Origin: Gemmatales bacterium
GTDB lineage: Bacteria; Planctomycetota; Planctomycetia; Gemmatales; HRBIN36
Reading direction: 5' to 3'
Length of the DNA stretch: 64,000 nucleotides
Assembly: GCA_041640595.1 (NCBI GenBank)
Contig: JBEPZY010000001.1
Location: 1,056,001-1,120,000 of the forward strand
A program made the position numbers and the translations under genes. How positions within the stretch are numbered: the stretch's first letter is position 1; each line of letters opens with the position of its first letter. Shown here one piece after another: positions 61,124 through 64,000 of this stretch. The notes below the pieces were generated by a model. It made no database searches and had not been told where the DNA came from. It worked only from the letters and a program-made list of their open reading frames with translations.

Positions 61124-61241
61124 CCTCCTGGCTATGTCTTTAGTGGACGTTCGTACACTATTATCGGTATCCAGGGGCAACCGAGTCAAGACTAGTTGGC
61201 AGGCCGGTTATGCCTGTCTGGGTACCTCACCCGCGCCTTTC

Positions 61242-61289
61242 GCACTAGATGTAGTAGCCAAAGCCGCTTTTTAGCCCAAGATATAGGAT
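61242..61289. promoter_or_regulatory. Tandem NrdR boxes upstream of dcd-nrdJ
   Basis: gcactagatgtagtag (61242-61257) and gcccaagatataggat (61274-61289) are 32 nt apart and match the acaCwAtATaTwGtgt consensus. Confidence 0.8.
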
Positions 61290-61295
61290 TGTCAA
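61268..61295 (-). promoter_or_regulatory. Promoter candidate for dcd-nrdJ overlapping an NrdR box
   Basis: TTGACA-16 nt-TAAAAA on the minus strand. Confidence 0.5.
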
Positions 61296-62104
61296 GCCCC
61301 CAACCGTCTTGGACAGTCCCTCGGAGACAGGACTCCTCATCCGATGAACCGAAGCGGAAAGGATTTGTGTAAACGTGATGAAAAAGCGGCTCGATAGGCG
61401 TTCTCGCAGCGCAATTTTGCAGCTGGTACCGCAGCTGTTTCCGCCTTGCCAGCTGTGCATTTTGGCGATGCCCAAGTGAACCATGCTCCCCTGCGAGGTA
61501 AGCACTCCAAACAGCAAAATCGTGAGTTGGTCATTTTCCGCTTCCCAGCCTCTGTCCTGCCCGTCCGACCGGCGAAACAAATTGGGTCGCACTGTCCCGT
61601 TACGCAAGCTGGGATGACGAAGAAACGCCGAGGTAATTTTCGCCAAACAAGACGGCAAGCAACGCGCCGATAACTCAGTCCACAGGTTATTGGCAGCCGA
61701 CCGGCTCGCGTCTTGCAGCAATCGTTCACCGCTGATGGATAAGACGTCACCCGTGGAGTGAAGGGAGTTGCGTCGGCCTGACTGCTGGCTACAAGCACGT
61801 TCCGGGACAGGCTTATTGCTGTGATTTGCCGACTCGGTGTCGCTTTATCGTCCTGTTTGTCGTCTGATTTAGGTCCCGCTAATTGCTGCAAATCGCTGGC
61901 CGATGAAGGGCACCGAGAAGTAAATAATTCCGCGCGTACGGTTACTGTTTGAATTCGCTGGCTCGCCTGTCCGGCGATTCTGACTGGTGCCACAAATACA
62001 TTTCGCGGACTGTTTATTGAGCCTGATATTGCGCCCGCTGCCGTGTGCTTCCCACGACGCCGAACCGCTCATGACATCCGCACAACGTTCGTTAGTAACC
62101 GTCA

Positions 62105-62620
62105 TCACTCCGGCCGATGCAAAGGTCGCAGGCCAAACTGTCGGCGGATGCAATTCGCCTGTTCCCACACCTTATCCTGACCGGCAAGAAAGCGTACTAA
62201 CTGGCCGGTGGACACGCCGAGCAGTGCCGCGGTCCTGGCCAGTTCGCCGTGCTGAGCGACCAGGGCATCCAGCACCAGACCCACTGTTGGCCAATAGCGT
62301 GTGTCTCGCTGACCGAGTTTGAGCTGATGTTCAGCCACTGCTTGCCAGAGGGCGACGGAGGCGGGATCGGTGGGCGGAAACGGTTCGCGTAAAAGCAAAA
62401 ACAACCGCTGGCGGAGCCGTTTCAGTGCCCGCTGCTTGTTTTCGTGTTGGGAGCGGCTTTCTTCGGCAATGACCTGTAACCCGCTGGGCAGATGGCGCAG
62501 ACGCACAGCCGAATCAGTCTTGTTGCGTTTCTGTCCGCCCGGACCGCTGGCCCGGTACGTGTCCACAGCACACTGCCGCAGGAGTTGCTCATCGGTTAAG
62601 CAAGTGAACTGCTGGCGCAT
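62105..62620 (-). CDS. Peptide chain release factor-like (GGQ, RF-1 domain) protein
   Basis: [22 protein letters not shown]...RSQHEN...AL. Confidence 0.9.
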   Translation of the reverse strand: MRQQFTCLTDEQLLRQCAVDTYRASGPGGQKRNKTDSAVRLRHLPSGLQVIAEESRSQHENKQRALKRLRQRLFLLLREPFPPTDPASVALWQAVAEHQLKLGQRDTRYWPTVGLVLDALVAQHGELARTAALLGVSTGQLVRFLAGQDKVWEQANCIRRQFGLRPLHRPE

Positions 62621-62649
62621 GGTTCGAAAAAAAATTTTTGGGCGGCAGC

Positions 62650-62677
62650 TTGACCCTGACCTGAGAAATTTTACAAT
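62650..62677 (+). promoter_or_regulatory. Promoter candidate for the molybdoenzyme operon
   Basis: TTGACC-16 nt-TACAAT. Confidence 0.5.
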
Positions 62678-62727
62678 CGGCTAGCGAAGGGATTGCATCC
62701 TACCATCCCCACCAGCCTGAGGGAGGA

Positions 62728-63363
62728 ATGCCCATGCCTGAAACACCCCACCCCAGTAGCAAGCCGGGCATCTCCCGGCGCGAGTTTCTCAGCGGCACAG
62801 GTTTGACGGCAGCGGCTACGGCTCTGCTCCAGACCGATGAAACGTTTGGCCAGGCCGAGAAAACTAAGGCACCTGCTACGCCAGGATTCGGTCCCCGGCC
62901 AGTGGCTTGTGAATTGCTGGTCAACGGGGCACGAATCAATGTGCAAATTGAGCCGCGGGTGACGTTGCTCGATTGTTTGCGGAATTACATGGATGTGACC
63001 GGCCCGAAACGGGTCTGCGATCGCGGTACCTGCGGTGCGTGCACGGTTCTGCTGGATGGCAAACCCATCTACGCCTGCACCATGCTGGCACTGGAAGCGC
63101 AGGGCAAAGCCATCGAAACACCGGAACATCTCTACCAGGATGGTCAGCTCCACCGCGTGCCCGCAGCATTTGCTCAATATGACGCCCAGCAATGCGGTTT
63201 TTGCACACCGGGATTTGTTATGGCCATGAAGGCTTGTTTCGACCGCAACCCGAAAGCCACGCCCAGAGAAGTCGAGCATTGTCTGGCTGGCAACATCTGC
63301 CGCTGCGGAACTTATCAGCAAATGCGCGACGCCCTGCGCAGTCTTTGCCGGAAGGGAGGCTAA
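62728..63363 (+). CDS. Tat-exported (2Fe-2S) subunit of a xanthine dehydrogenase-family oxidoreductase (PaoA-like)
   Basis: SRREFL, CDRGTCGACTV, QCGFCTPG and GNICRCG. Confidence 0.93.
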   Translation: MPMPETPHPSSKPGISRREFLSGTGLTAAATALLQTDETFGQAEKTKAPATPGFGPRPVACELLVNGARINVQIEPRVTLLDCLRNYMDVTGPKRVCDRGTCGACTVLLDGKPIYACTMLALEAQGKAIETPEHLYQDGQLHRVPAAFAQYDAQQCGFCTPGFVMAMKACFDRNPKATPREVEHCLAGNICRCGTYQQMRDALRSLCRKGG

Positions 63364-63366
63364 GCC

Positions 63367-64000
63367 ATGGCGGAAATCAAATGGCCGGAAAAACGCCGCG
63401 TAATCGGTACCAAAGTGCAACGCCTGGACGGTCCCGATAAGGCGACCGGCCGGGCACGCTATAGCCAGGACATCAATCGGCCGGGCATGCTGCACGCCGT
63501 TATTCTCCGCAGTCCCCATGCCCATTGCCGCATTAAGAGTCTGGATATTTCCGAAGCGGCGAAGGCTCCCGGCGTGCGAGCCATTGTTACGGTCGGACAG
63601 CTGCAATACACCGGCGGTCGCAAAGAAGGCAAGCCTGGCTGGTTATTCCCCATCAGCCTCACCGATGCGAATCGGGAGTTGTTCTATCACGGCGATGAAA
63701 TTCTCGCCATCGCCGCAGACACGGAAGAGCATGCCCGCGATGCGTTGCGGCTGGTCAAAATCGAATTTGAACCGCTGCCGTTCATCGTCAAGGAAAGTAC
63801 GGCTCTGCAAAAACGCCAGGCTCCCAGCACCGTGCCTGGAAAAGACGCCAGCAACGTTTTGCCGGGTGGGACTCGTACTGCTGGCAATCCCGACCTCGCC
63901 AGGAAAGAAGCGGAAGTGCTGGTCAGTGGTACCTACGGCGTACCGGTCATAACGCACTGCTGCCTGGAAACGCACGGTCTGGTTGCCGAGTGGGAAAGCC
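63367..64000 (+). CDS. Xanthine dehydrogenase-family molybdopterin-binding subunit (runs off the window)
   Basis: Not in the ORF track; translated by hand as IGTKVQRLDGPDKATGRARYSQD..PGMLHAVILRSPHAH...HCCLETHG. Confidence 0.92.
   Translation, partial: MAEIKWPEKRRVIGTKVQRLDGPDKATGRARYSQDINRPGMLHAVILRSPHAHCRIKSLDISEAAKAPGVRAIVTVGQLQYTGGRKEGKPGWLFPISLTDANRELFYHGDEILAIAADTEEHARDALRLVKIEFEPLPFIVKESTALQKRQAPSTVPGKDASNVLPGGTRTAGNPDLARKEAEVLVSGTYGVPVITHCCLETHGLVAEWES

Overview
Gene-dense bacterial chromosomal window of mostly housekeeping genes. The gene repertoire suggests Planctomycetota, possibly Gemmatales-like (inference): Hanks Ser/Thr kinases, ECF sigma factors, a sulfatase, a sialidase, a PEGA lipoprotein and a TPR-YggX fusion. 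Recognisable genes are metE (partial), hisDCB, mutS, tatA, aat, tpx, ftsY, nusB, modAB, archease-rtcB, rpmA, rplM-rpsI, dcd-nrdJ (with tandem NrdR boxes) and the start of a Tat-exported molybdoenzyme operon. A lower-GC type II restriction-modification pair is the only clear accessory insert. No tRNA, rRNA, CRISPR array or transposase was recognised. The most interesting observations are: (1) a ~190-nt, densely base-paired element between archease and the RNA ligase gene rtcB; (2) a stand-alone protein of four Tudor/Agenet-like repeats; (3) a Cys-rich TPR-YggX plus PSP1/RicT-like gene pair next to tpx; (4) a GGQ release-factor-like protein with an atypical helical tail; (5) a frameshifted kinase in a signalling locus; (6) AT-rich patches inside long genes; (7) phased direct repeats between modA and modB. 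All family assignments come from motif recognition by eye. No searches or folding programs were run.
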